From an uncultured Verrucomicrobiota bacterium (GTDB lineage Bacteria; Verrucomicrobiota; Kiritimatiellia; RFP12; UBA1067): a stretch of DNA of 64,000 bases. Shown here one piece after another: positions 17,558 through 25,081 of the stretch (the stretch's first letter is position 1; the number at the start of each line of letters is the position of its first letter). Under the pieces are notes generated by a model, which was not told the origin of the DNA, searched no databases, and worked only from the letters and a program-made list of their open reading frames with translations. The stretch lies in NCBI GenBank assembly GCA_946613265.1, contig CAMOFK010000003.1, forward strand, positions 24,790 through 88,789, in the 5' to 3' direction. The position numbers and the translations under genes were made by a program.

Positions 17558-18415
17558 TCAACCTTCCTTCGGGGCGCCCGGCTTCGGAGGAAGTTTAAGA
17601 CCGCTTGCGAGTCCCGGCTTCGGAGGAAGCTTCAGGCCGCTCGCGAGTCCGGGCTTCGGAGGAAGCTTCAGGCCGTACGCAAGACCGGGCTTCGGGGGAA
17701 GTTTCAGGCCACCCGCGAGGCCGGGCTTCGGAGGAAGTTTCAGGCCGCCTGCGAGGCCGGGCTTCGGGGGAAGTTTCAACCCGCCCGCGAGAGCAGGCTT
17801 CGGAGGAAGCTTCGGACTTGGCGCGGCTGGCTTCTCCGCCGGAAGTTCCGGAACGTCATCGACCGGCGGCAGATCGGGTATATCATCGACAGGCGCCGTC
17901 GAACTGGCCGCTGTCACAGGAGCAGGTGCAGGCGCCGGTGCGGGTGCGGGCGCAGGAGCAGGCGCAGGGGCCGGAGCAGGGGCCGGAGCAGGGGCCGCCG
18001 GAGCAGGAGCAGGGGCCGGAGCCGGAGCAGGGGTCGGAGCCGGAGCCGGTGCAGGCGCAGGAGCCGGAGCCGGTGCAGGCGCAGGAGCGGGCGTCTCGTC
18101 TGCGATCAACTCCGCGGAAATGGACATTGTGCCGAATTGAAGCTTGGCGCCGCTTTCGACTTTTGCGGGTGCGGAGAGTTTCGTGCCATTGAGGAACGAG
18201 CCGTTCGTGGAGCCGAGGTCTTCGACGAACCACGCGCCATCCTTGAAATATATTTTCGCATGGTGGCGCGAGAGGCTATCGACGAGCGGGGCGATAGTGT
18301 TGCCGATTTCGCGCCCGATCGTCACTTCCGCGCCAGGCGTGAAAAGGTATCCCAGAGAAACGCCCGGCTCTGCATTCTGCGCAGTACGGATGGTCGCAAT
18401 CATCTGCAGTTTCAT
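17558..18415 (-). CDS. FHA-domain protein with (Ala-Pro)n linker and 7 x 12-aa Pro/Lys-rich C-terminal repeats
   Basis: The N-terminus (TIGREIGN...SRHHAKIYFKDGAWFVEDLGSTNGSFLNG) is a canonical FHA domain. It is followed by about 57 aa of AP repeats and then GLKLPPKPGLAG x7. Confidence 0.8.
   Translation of the reverse strand: MKLQMIATIRTAQNAEPGVSLGYLFTPGAEVTIGREIGNTIAPLVDSLSRHHAKIYFKDGAWFVEDLGSTNGSFLNGTKLSAPAKVESGAKLQFGTMSISAELIADETPAPAPAPAPAPAPAPAPAPTPAPAPAPAPAPAAPAPAPAPAPAPAPAPAPAPAPAPAPVTAASSTAPVDDIPDLPPVDDVPELPAEKPAAPSPKLPPKPALAGGLKLPPKPGLAGGLKLPPKPGLAGGLKLPPKPGLAYGLKLPPKPGLASGLKLPPKPGLASGLKLPPKPGAPKEG
17580..17831. repeat. 36-bp tandem repeat x7 (coding, FHA protein C-terminus)
   Basis: Units start at 17580, 17616, 17652, 17688, 17724, 17760 and 17796. 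Confidence 0.9.
17928..18093. repeat. GCNGGN hexanucleotide low-complexity tract (coding, Ala-Pro linker)
   Basis: About 28 consecutive GCN-GGN units on the plus strand, which read as (AP)n on the minus strand. Confidence 0.85.
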
Positions 18416-18447
18416 GATCTGTTTGCTCCTTTTGAAAGTCTTGTGGA

Positions 18448-18456
18448 ATTATACCA
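18448..18456 (-). promoter_or_regulatory. Extended -10 promoter (TGGTATAAT) for the FHA gene
   Basis: The minus strand reads TGGTATAAT. The leader is about 26 nt and carries an AAGGAG Shine-Dalgarno before ATG 18415. Confidence 0.5.
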
Positions 18457-18562
18457 TATCGCTATTCAACCGGTCAACCGTCCAGAGTGTGTTTTTCATC
18501 GCCCGCGAACGGGCGGCGGCGCGCATGGCGCGCCGGAAAAGCGCGCTATAGCTTGGTTTCCC

Positions 18563-19474
18563 CTACCTGCGCCCCTTCCGCGCGAGATAGACGATAAGCT
18601 CGGCGGCGTAGTCGCTCTGGATCATCGTGACGCCCTTGCCGAGCCACCAGCCCCAGTTTCCTTCGGGGTCGAGAAGCGCGGCGCTGTCGCTATGCTTGGC
18701 CGACAAATCGTCCCACAACGTGTTCACCCAGATTCGCGCGCCGCGAGGAATGCCCGCGAGCGCGCCATCGACGGCGCCGGGATCGTCGAAGCACATTTCG
18801 TACATCGCGATGCCGCGCGCCGCGGCATACCCGGGCAGAATGCTGCTCGCGCGCCCGGCGGTCTGCTTGGATGGCACGACAGGCATATACAGCAATTCGC
18901 CGGTCTCCACCTTCGCCCAGTACGGACCGAACAGCGTCTTCGCCTTTTCCACCGGGTGCGAAGATTTGACGAGCACTTCACCGAGCGCGCCTATGGCATC
19001 CACGGCTTCGAGGATCTCACGCGGGTGCGCCTGGAATTTATCGATATTGACGAGTATCTTTCCGCGCGTGAGCGCGAGCGCTTCTTCCAGCGTGAGCACG
19101 TCGTACTGCGTGGGCTTGCCGTTGCGATCGAGCATTTTCAGCGTCTTGATTTCCGCCAGCGTCCTGTCGCAGACCTTCCCGGAGCCGGTCGTCGTGCGGT
19201 CGAGCGAACGGTCGTGATTCAGCACGAAGCGCCCGTCTTTCGTCATCTGGACGTCGAGTTCGACAATGTCCGCGCCAAGCGCGATCGACGAGCGAATCGC
19301 GCCTTCGGAGTTTTCAGGGAAATTTCGCCAATCCCCGCGATGCATAGCGACGAAGACGTAATTCGTATCTCCAGAGGCCAAGCGGGCGCGTATCGCTTCC
19401 GTGCGCGTCGCGCCGTGCAATGCGCATGCGAGAAACGCCACCGCCGACAACAACAAAACCTTATTGATTTTCAT
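18563..19474 (-). CDS. Glycerophosphodiester phosphodiesterase family protein, secreted
   Basis: Signal peptide followed by HRGDWRNFPENS...ADIVELDV...LNHD, which are GDPD motifs. Confidence 0.75.
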   Translation of the reverse strand: MKINKVLLLSAVAFLACALHGATRTEAIRARLASGDTNYVFVAMHRGDWRNFPENSEGAIRSSIALGADIVELDVQMTKDGRFVLNHDRSLDRTTTGSGKVCDRTLAEIKTLKMLDRNGKPTQYDVLTLEEALALTRGKILVNIDKFQAHPREILEAVDAIGALGEVLVKSSHPVEKAKTLFGPYWAKVETGELLYMPVVPSKQTAGRASSILPGYAAARGIAMYEMCFDDPGAVDGALAGIPRGARIWVNTLWDDLSAKHSDSAALLDPEGNWGWWLGKGVTMIQSDYAAELIVYLARKGRR

Positions 19475-19481
19475 GCCGGAT

Positions 19482-19490
19482 ATTCTACCA
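19482..19490 (-). promoter_or_regulatory. Extended -10 promoter (TGGTAGAAT), leaderless arrangement for GDPD gene
   Basis: The hexamer ends at 19482 and the ATG is at 19474, exactly 7 nt later. Confidence 0.45.
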
Positions 19491-19768
19491 GATTTTCGTC
19501 CCTTGCGTCAATCGCGGATGTAATGGCGCCTCGGCGCCGGCGACGCCGATGCAATAATATATATTGGCGAGGCATGACAGAACAATCCCGACTGCAAACC
19601 CGCCGGCATCGATGATGACACGGCGTGCAGCGGGCTTGTCGAGGGTTTCCAAGAGCTTTTCAACGGGTTTTGAAGAGGCTTGGAAGCGGTTTGCATCGAA
19701 GTTTGCGTGTAGCGGCATGTGGAGCGTCGAAAACTGCGAGGTGGGGATTGCAATGGGGGAAAATGATA

Positions 19769-19777
19769 TGGTATAAT
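19769..19777 (+). promoter_or_regulatory. Extended -10 promoter (TGGTATAAT) driving candidate small RNA
   Basis: Perfect TGnTATAAT, 7 nt before the base of a long stem-loop. Confidence 0.4.
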
Positions 19778-19783
19778 ACTGGG

Positions 19784-19849
19784 TGTCTTGATGGTAGATG
19801 ATTGCCGGCCAAGAGGCCTAAGCGAGCAGTGCCATCAAGGCATTTTTTT
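19784..19849 (+). ncRNA. Candidate ~66-nt small RNA (promoter + closed stem-loop + U-tract)
   Basis: Outer stem 19784-19794 pairs with 19832-19842 (TGTCTTGATGG/CCATCAAGGCA). Inner GGCC-AAGA-GGCC hairpin at 19807-19818. T7 run at 19843-19849. Confidence 0.3.
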
Positions 19850-20103
19850 GTCTTGTAGAGGGTTTTAAGGATAGGTTCATTTCCGCCACAAAAGATGGCC
19901 ATGAAGATGGTGTATCCGTCGATGGTATCAAGCTCGCACAGGAAAGAGTGCGGATGTTGAGGGGAAATGGAGATGCGGTCTGGTTCGCGCCAGAGAGCCG
20001 GGATGAGTTCGACGTCTGAGAGGGAGAGCGGGGCATCCTGCGGAAAATCGGGAAGAGGGAAGAGATTTCGCTTTTTTCGTCCTTCTGTTAAAACCCCCGA
20101 ATA

Positions 20104-20112
20104 TGATATAAT
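20104..20112 (+). promoter_or_regulatory. Extended -10 promoter (TGATATAAT) upstream of the methyltransferase operon
   Basis: The hexamer ends at 20112. A short ORF ATG lies 8 nt later, and the methyltransferase ATG is at 20236. Confidence 0.45.
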
Positions 20113-20120
20113 GTGTTGTC

Positions 20121-20225
20121 ATGAAACTCGCCCTCATAGTCTCGCTTCTCGTGATGAGCCTTGCCTTGAACGCGCAAACGATTCAAGGCAAGGTCTTTGG
20201 GCGATGTGAAGCAATCTCGTGTTGA
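20121..20225 (+). pseudogene. 34-codon ORF resembling the signal peptide and first residues of a TonB-dependent receptor (relic or leader peptide)
   Basis: MKLALIVSLLVMSLALNAQTIQGKVFGRCEAISC. It is too short for the ORF track, and its stop is followed by a GAGGA Shine-Dalgarno for the methyltransferase. Confidence 0.25.
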
Positions 20226-20235
20226 GGATTTGTAG

Positions 20236-21219
20236 ATGGCGAACAAAGACTTGAACAAGGCAAAGGCAGCGAAGAAAGACGAGTTCTATACTCGCCTTGA
20301 AGACATTGAATTGGAATTGAAGCATTATAGGCCTCACTTCAAGGGCAAGACGGTTCTTTGCAATTGCGACGATCCAAGATGCTCCAACTTCTTTCGCTAC
20401 TTCACCTTGAACTTTGAGGTGTTGGGATTGAAGAAGGTAATCGCCACTTGCTACAAGAACCAAGATGTCGATTTGTTCTCGCACCACGAATGCGAGAGGG
20501 CGGTGTATCAAATATACGAGGGAGACAAGAACCACAATAGAAAAGTAGATGAAGACGAAATCGAGGTGAAGTATTTGGAGGGTGATGGGGACTTTCGCTC
20601 CAAGGAGTGCGTTGCCCTTTTGGAAGAGGCAGATATTGTCGTCACCAATCCACCATTCTCCTTGTTTCGCGACTTCATAGCATTGTTGATTAAACACAAT
20701 AAGAAGTTCCTCGTCCTTGGAAACAAGAACGCCATAACATATAGTGAAATCTTCCCACTTTTCAAGGAAGACAAAATTTGGGTGGGCGTGATGCCTATGA
20801 CTCGTGAGATATATTTCGACGTGCCACAGGAATACATTGACGAAGGCTTGAGAATGAAGAAGGACAGAACCATCGTCAAGCAAGGTGACAAATATATGGC
20901 GAGGAGTCCTTCGATTTGGTTCACAAATCTTGAACACGACAAGCGGCACGAAGAACTACCATTGTTCAAGAAATACACGCCTCAAGAATACCCAAAGTAT
21001 GACAACTATAACGCGATTGAGGTTTCCAAGACGTGCGACATTCCTTGTGATTATGATGGGGTGATGGGTGTGCCAATCACCTTTATGGACAAGTACAATC
21101 CACACCAATTTGAGATAGTTGGAAATGAGGATACGCTTGCGATACCCAAAGGTCGTGGATATGTGAATGGCAAGCGATTGTATGGTAGAATTTTCATCAA
21201 GCGGAGAAGTGCGCTATGA
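20236..21219 (+). CDS. N6-adenine DNA methyltransferase, EcoRI-methylase-like family
   Basis: KDEFYTRLEDIELELKHY...CNCDDPRCSNFF...IVVTNPPFSLFRDF (NPPF motif IV). Confidence 0.75.
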   Translation: MANKDLNKAKAAKKDEFYTRLEDIELELKHYRPHFKGKTVLCNCDDPRCSNFFRYFTLNFEVLGLKKVIATCYKNQDVDLFSHHECERAVYQIYEGDKNHNRKVDEDEIEVKYLEGDGDFRSKECVALLEEADIVVTNPPFSLFRDFIALLIKHNKKFLVLGNKNAITYSEIFPLFKEDKIWVGVMPMTREIYFDVPQEYIDEGLRMKKDRTIVKQGDKYMARSPSIWFTNLEHDKRHEELPLFKKYTPQEYPKYDNYNAIEVSKTCDIPCDYDGVMGVPITFMDKYNPHQFEIVGNEDTLAIPKGRGYVNGKRLYGRIFIKRRSAL

Positions 21220-22307
21220 AGATTGAACTTCACGAAATCAAGGTGCGCGACCTTGTAAAGGGCTACAAGGATAGTGGCGACGAGGGAGTTGTCGCCTACG
21301 ATGGCAAACTTGATGTTCGTCCTCCATACCAAAGGGAGTTCATCTACAAGGACAAGCAAAGAAACGCGGTCATAGACACCATTATGAAGGGCTTCCCCCT
21401 CAATGTGATGTATTGGGTTTCGTGTGGGGATGGAAGGTTCGAGGTGATGGATGGGCAACAACGAACCATATCAATAGCCCAATACTTCGACAACGAGTTC
21501 TCCTTCAATATGCGCTACTTCCACAACCTTGAAGATGACGAGCAAGAGAGGTTCCTTGACTACACGTTGATGGTTTATTTCTGCGAGGGGTCGGACAGCG
21601 AGAAGCTGGATTGGTTCAGGACAATCAACATAGCAGGCGAACAACTCACCAACCAAGAGTTGCGCAACGCAGTTTATCATGGCCCATTCGTCCAAGACGC
21701 GAAGAAGTGGTTCTCAAAGGTGGGTGCGCCTGCGGCGAAGATTGGAGGAGACTATCTCGTTGGCGCGAGGGAAAGGCAAGACTACCTTGAAACTGCCATC
21801 AAGTGGATTTCTGATGGAGCGATAGAAGAGTATATGGCGACCCACGCCAAAGACCCCAATGCCAATGTTCTGTGGAACCACTTTCAATCAATCATAGGTT
21901 GGATTGAAGCGACATTCGTCCATACCAAGGACAGATTGAAAATCCTCAAGGGCGTTGATTGGGGAACTCTCTACAAGAAGTATGGGAGCAAGGTTCTTGA
22001 TACAAAGGCGATTGAGAAGCAAATAGCCAAGCTCCTCATGGACGACGATGTGACGAAGAAGAGTGGCATCGTCCCCTATGTGCTTGGCGAGGGCGAGAGG
22101 TGCTTGTCCATACGCGCATTTACTGAAGCGCAAAAGCTCGCTGCCTACACAAGGCAAGGTGGCGTGTGTAAGATGTGTGGCAAGAAGTTCAACATCGACG
22201 AGATGAACGCAGACCACATCAAGCCTTGGTCGAAAGGTGGGCATACCACGCCTGACAATTGCCAAATGCTTTGCTCGACTTGTAATTTCACCAAAGGGGC
22301 GAAGTAG
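21216..22307 (+). CDS. DUF262 (ParB/GmrSD-N-like, DGQQR) domain fused to C-terminal HNH nuclease
   Basis: ATGA overlap with the methyltransferase stop. Motifs RPPYQREFIY, MDGQQRTISI, and C-terminal CKMCGKKF...ADHIKPWSKGGHTTPDNCQMLCSTCN. Confidence 0.75.
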   Translation: MKIELHEIKVRDLVKGYKDSGDEGVVAYDGKLDVRPPYQREFIYKDKQRNAVIDTIMKGFPLNVMYWVSCGDGRFEVMDGQQRTISIAQYFDNEFSFNMRYFHNLEDDEQERFLDYTLMVYFCEGSDSEKLDWFRTINIAGEQLTNQELRNAVYHGPFVQDAKKWFSKVGAPAAKIGGDYLVGARERQDYLETAIKWISDGAIEEYMATHAKDPNANVLWNHFQSIIGWIEATFVHTKDRLKILKGVDWGTLYKKYGSKVLDTKAIEKQIAKLLMDDDVTKKSGIVPYVLGEGERCLSIRAFTEAQKLAAYTRQGGVCKMCGKKFNIDEMNADHIKPWSKGGHTTPDNCQMLCSTCNFTKGAK

Positions 22308-22322
22308 GTTTTCTGCCTTCCC

Positions 22323-22715
22323 TCACATCAACCAAATCTCTATTGCCTTTGCGAGGGGGAGTGGGCGTCTCAATGGCGTGATGCCATCCGACTCGTAAAG
22401 CCCACCCACGACATACCACCTCCCTTTGTCGTAGAGGTATTTGTATTCGCCCTCCCCTTTGAGCAAGTAGTCTCCAATCCAATTGGCTTCCTTTACTTCG
22501 CACTCTATGCGATCTTCAAGATTGTCGTAGCCCAAGGAGCTTTCGCGCCCTGTGTGTTCAAGGTCTTCGCGCAACGACACTATGTCCCCATCAAGCAGGA
22601 GTTCCAACGCCTTGTCGTAGTCGTTTTGTAGTGCTTCGCAAGAAGCAACCCAACATGCGCCAAGCCGCCATCGTAGCAACATTCCACAGACGATGCGGGC
22701 GATAGGCCGGCGCAT
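22323..22715 (-). CDS. Hypothetical protein (island cargo), N-terminus possibly disrupted
   Basis: ATG at 22715 (the track start at 22718 is TTG). Convergent with the nuclease gene. No recognisable domain, and the N-terminal ~25 codons overlap the IS remnant. Confidence 0.3.
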   Translation of the reverse strand: MRRPIARIVCGMLLRWRLGACWVASCEALQNDYDKALELLLDGDIVSLREDLEHTGRESSLGYDNLEDRIECEVKEANWIGDYLLKGEGEYKYLYDKGRWYVVGGLYESDGITPLRRPLPLAKAIEIWLM

Positions 22716-22878
22716 CAAGAAGCTTGGCTACAACTGGAAGGACAAAGGCGAGGGCAAGATCGCCCGCATTGTCCTGAAGCTGTTCGCCACCGAAGGCGAA
22801 TGGGAGGAATACTGGCGCAAGCGCATGGACTTAAACCAGTCCGTGATGCTCAACTTCAAGGTTCTGGAGGTGCAATAG
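22693..22878 (+). pseudogene. C-terminal remnant of ISLre2/UPF0236-like transposase
   Basis: IGRRIKKLGYNWKDKGEGKIARIVLKLFATEGEWEEYW follows the conserved RMKxRGMSWSxxG...NGxW C-terminal pattern of that IS family. The stop lies 17 nt before the 30-bp end repeat. Confidence 0.4.
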
Positions 22879-22894
22879 TGGCTGTACATCACCA

Positions 22895-22924
22895 GACCTT
22901 CATCCCAGACTTTGCCACATTATC
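22895..22924. repeat. 30-bp putative IS terminal repeat, copy 2
   Basis: Perfect match to 7163-7192. Confidence 0.8.
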
Positions 22925-22927
22925 AAC

Positions 22928-22961
22928 AAAAAAGGCGCGGCCTTTTGGGAAGGCGCGCGCC
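22928..22961 (-). terminator. Rho-independent terminator of the LRR lipoprotein gene
   Basis: The minus strand reads GGCGCGCGCC-TTCCCAAAA-GGCCGCGCC followed by TTTTTT. Confidence 0.6.
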
Positions 22962-22985
22962 GCTTTAGCCTGCCGGAAGGAGTGG

Positions 22986-23588
22986 TCAAAAGACAATGGC
23001 GGTTGACGGCAGCGCTGCGCGGATGCGCGCCATTTCTTCCTTTGGCAGCGAGAGGTCGCCGAGCTGGAGCGAAGCGAGCGAGCGCCACGCGGAGAGATCC
23101 TCCGGGAGGCGTTTCAGCGCAGTGCGGTTGAAAGACAGGTTCTTCAGGCCCTGCTTCTCCGCCAGCCACTGCGGCACTTCGGAAATCGGGTTTTCGGAAA
23201 GCTCGATATCGGTAAGCGCGGGAAGCTCCTTCAGAGCTTCGGGCACGGAAGTGAAGCGGTTGCCGCGCAGATAGATGCGCCGCAGCTGCGAAAGCTGCGA
23301 AAGCGGCGGCAGCGCGGAGAGCTTGTTTTCGTTCAGCCGCAGCCACTTCAGCCCCGTCAGCGACGGGATTTCCGGCGGCAGCGTCGCGAGAGCGTTGCGG
23401 TCGAGATTGAGATAGACGATCGCCGGCCCTGCCGCGAGCGCATCCTTGACGCCGTCAAGCGAAACGAGGCCTCGCCCGCCCAGATAGACGTGGGCGCCTT
23501 CCGGCAGCTCCTTGTAGGCAGGGACAGGCTCGTAGAAGCACCCGGCGAAAAGCGCGAGCGCCGCACATACCGCAATCATCTTCGTCAT
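22986..23588 (-). CDS. Leucine-rich-repeat lipoprotein
   Basis: ORF trimmed to ATG 23588. Lipobox in MTKMIAVCAALALFAGC. Repeats LxxLPPEIxxLxxLxxLxLxxNxL. Confidence 0.75.
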   Translation of the reverse strand: MTKMIAVCAALALFAGCFYEPVPAYKELPEGAHVYLGGRGLVSLDGVKDALAAGPAIVYLNLDRNALATLPPEIPSLTGLKWLRLNENKLSALPPLSQLSQLRRIYLRGNRFTSVPEALKELPALTDIELSENPISEVPQWLAEKQGLKNLSFNRTALKRLPEDLSAWRSLASLQLGDLSLPKEEMARIRAALPSTAIVF

Positions 23589-23737
23589 CTTTCCAACCCC
23601 TTGATAGTGCAGAGACGCATCCGGGGACGCCATTCGCGCCGCGCCGCCCGCCGCGCCCCGCATTCCGCATGCGCGGGAGGGGAGGGGAAGCGGCGGGCGC
23701 ACGGCCCGCCCACGGATCTTTCGCGCCGCGCGCCGGC

Positions 23738-24493
<756 letters not shown>

Positions 24494-24524
24494 CTTCTTT
24501 CTGTTTCCCTTCGCTTTTCGAGGT

Positions 24525-25013
24525 TTATTGCTTTGGTTCCGTCTGTTCGAATTTCCTGTATTTGACGCCCGCTTCGGCGAACATCTTCCCGACGACGTCG
24601 AGGAAAGCGTAATCGCCGCCGTACACGACTTCGCGTATCCCGGCGTTCACCAGCAGCTTCGCGCACGTCAGGCAGGGGGAGATCGTCACGTATATCGTAC
24701 CACCCTGGAGGGCGTGGCCGTAGAGCGCCGCCTGGCATATCGCGTTCTGCTCGGCATGCGTGCAGAGGCACTCTTCGAGATGCGTGCCGCTCTTCGTCTT
24801 GCCGGCGCAGCGCGGGCACCCGCCCTCGAAGCAATTCTTGACGCCGCGCGGCGTGCCGTTGTAGCCGGTCGCCAGGATGTGGTTGTCTCTCACCACAACG
24901 GCGCCGACATGGCGGCGCGTGCAATTCGACCGCCGCGACACGACTTCGGCGATCGCCATGAAATACTCGTCCCAGCTTGGCCGCGGATCGTGCTTTCTCG
25001 CTTTGTCAGTCAT
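24525..25013 (-). CDS. comEB: dCMP deaminase (ComEB type)
   Basis: ORF trimmed to ATG 25013. Zinc-binding motifs CTHAEQNA and PCLTCAKLL. Confidence 0.85.
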   Translation of the reverse strand: MTDKARKHDPRPSWDEYFMAIAEVVSRRSNCTRRHVGAVVVRDNHILATGYNGTPRGVKNCFEGGCPRCAGKTKSGTHLEECLCTHAEQNAICQAALYGHALQGGTIYVTISPCLTCAKLLVNAGIREVVYGGDYAFLDVVGKMFAEAGVKYRKFEQTEPKQ

Positions 25014-25020
25014 GGCGGGT

Positions 25021-25029
25021 ATTATACCA
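25021..25029 (-). promoter_or_regulatory. Extended -10 promoter (TGGTATAAT), leaderless arrangement for dCMP deaminase
   Basis: The hexamer ends at 25021 and the ATG is at 25013, exactly 7 nt later. Confidence 0.5.
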
Positions 25030-25081
25030 TAAATGCGCGGTGTCCGTCGCGAATCGATCCATGCGCGCGTTCGCGCGGCGG

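Larger units (their letters stand above)
19500..22924. mobile_element. Low-GC genomic island (methyltransferase + DUF262-HNH nuclease + IS remnant); left edge approximate
   Basis: Clear drop in GC (by eye ~40-48% against ~65% in the flanks). The right edge is the 30-bp IS-end repeat, which abuts the host LRR-gene terminator. Confidence 0.65.

Noticed and set aside
17928-18093. The GCNGGN microsatellite as a non-coding regulatory or phase-variation tract
   Set aside because: It lies in frame inside the FHA gene and encodes the (Ala-Pro)n linker. Length changes in multiples of 6 would keep the frame, so it is not an on/off switch.
15741-18140. 799-aa plus-strand ORF
   Set aside because: It is antisense to galK, the MFS transporter and the FHA gene. 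Its repeats (GFGGSFRP, GAGAGA) are merely the reverse reading of the FHA repeat tracts.
19485-20118. Minus-strand reading frames between GDPD and the methyltransferase (77-aa ORF 19485-19718, and a stop-free frame ~19660-20118 with no start codon until MAIFCGG)
   Set aside because: No recognisable domain and no Shine-Dalgarno or promoter. The frames are broken relative to each other and overlap the plus-strand promoter/terminator unit. They may be decayed gene debris of the island, but I cannot support a gene call.
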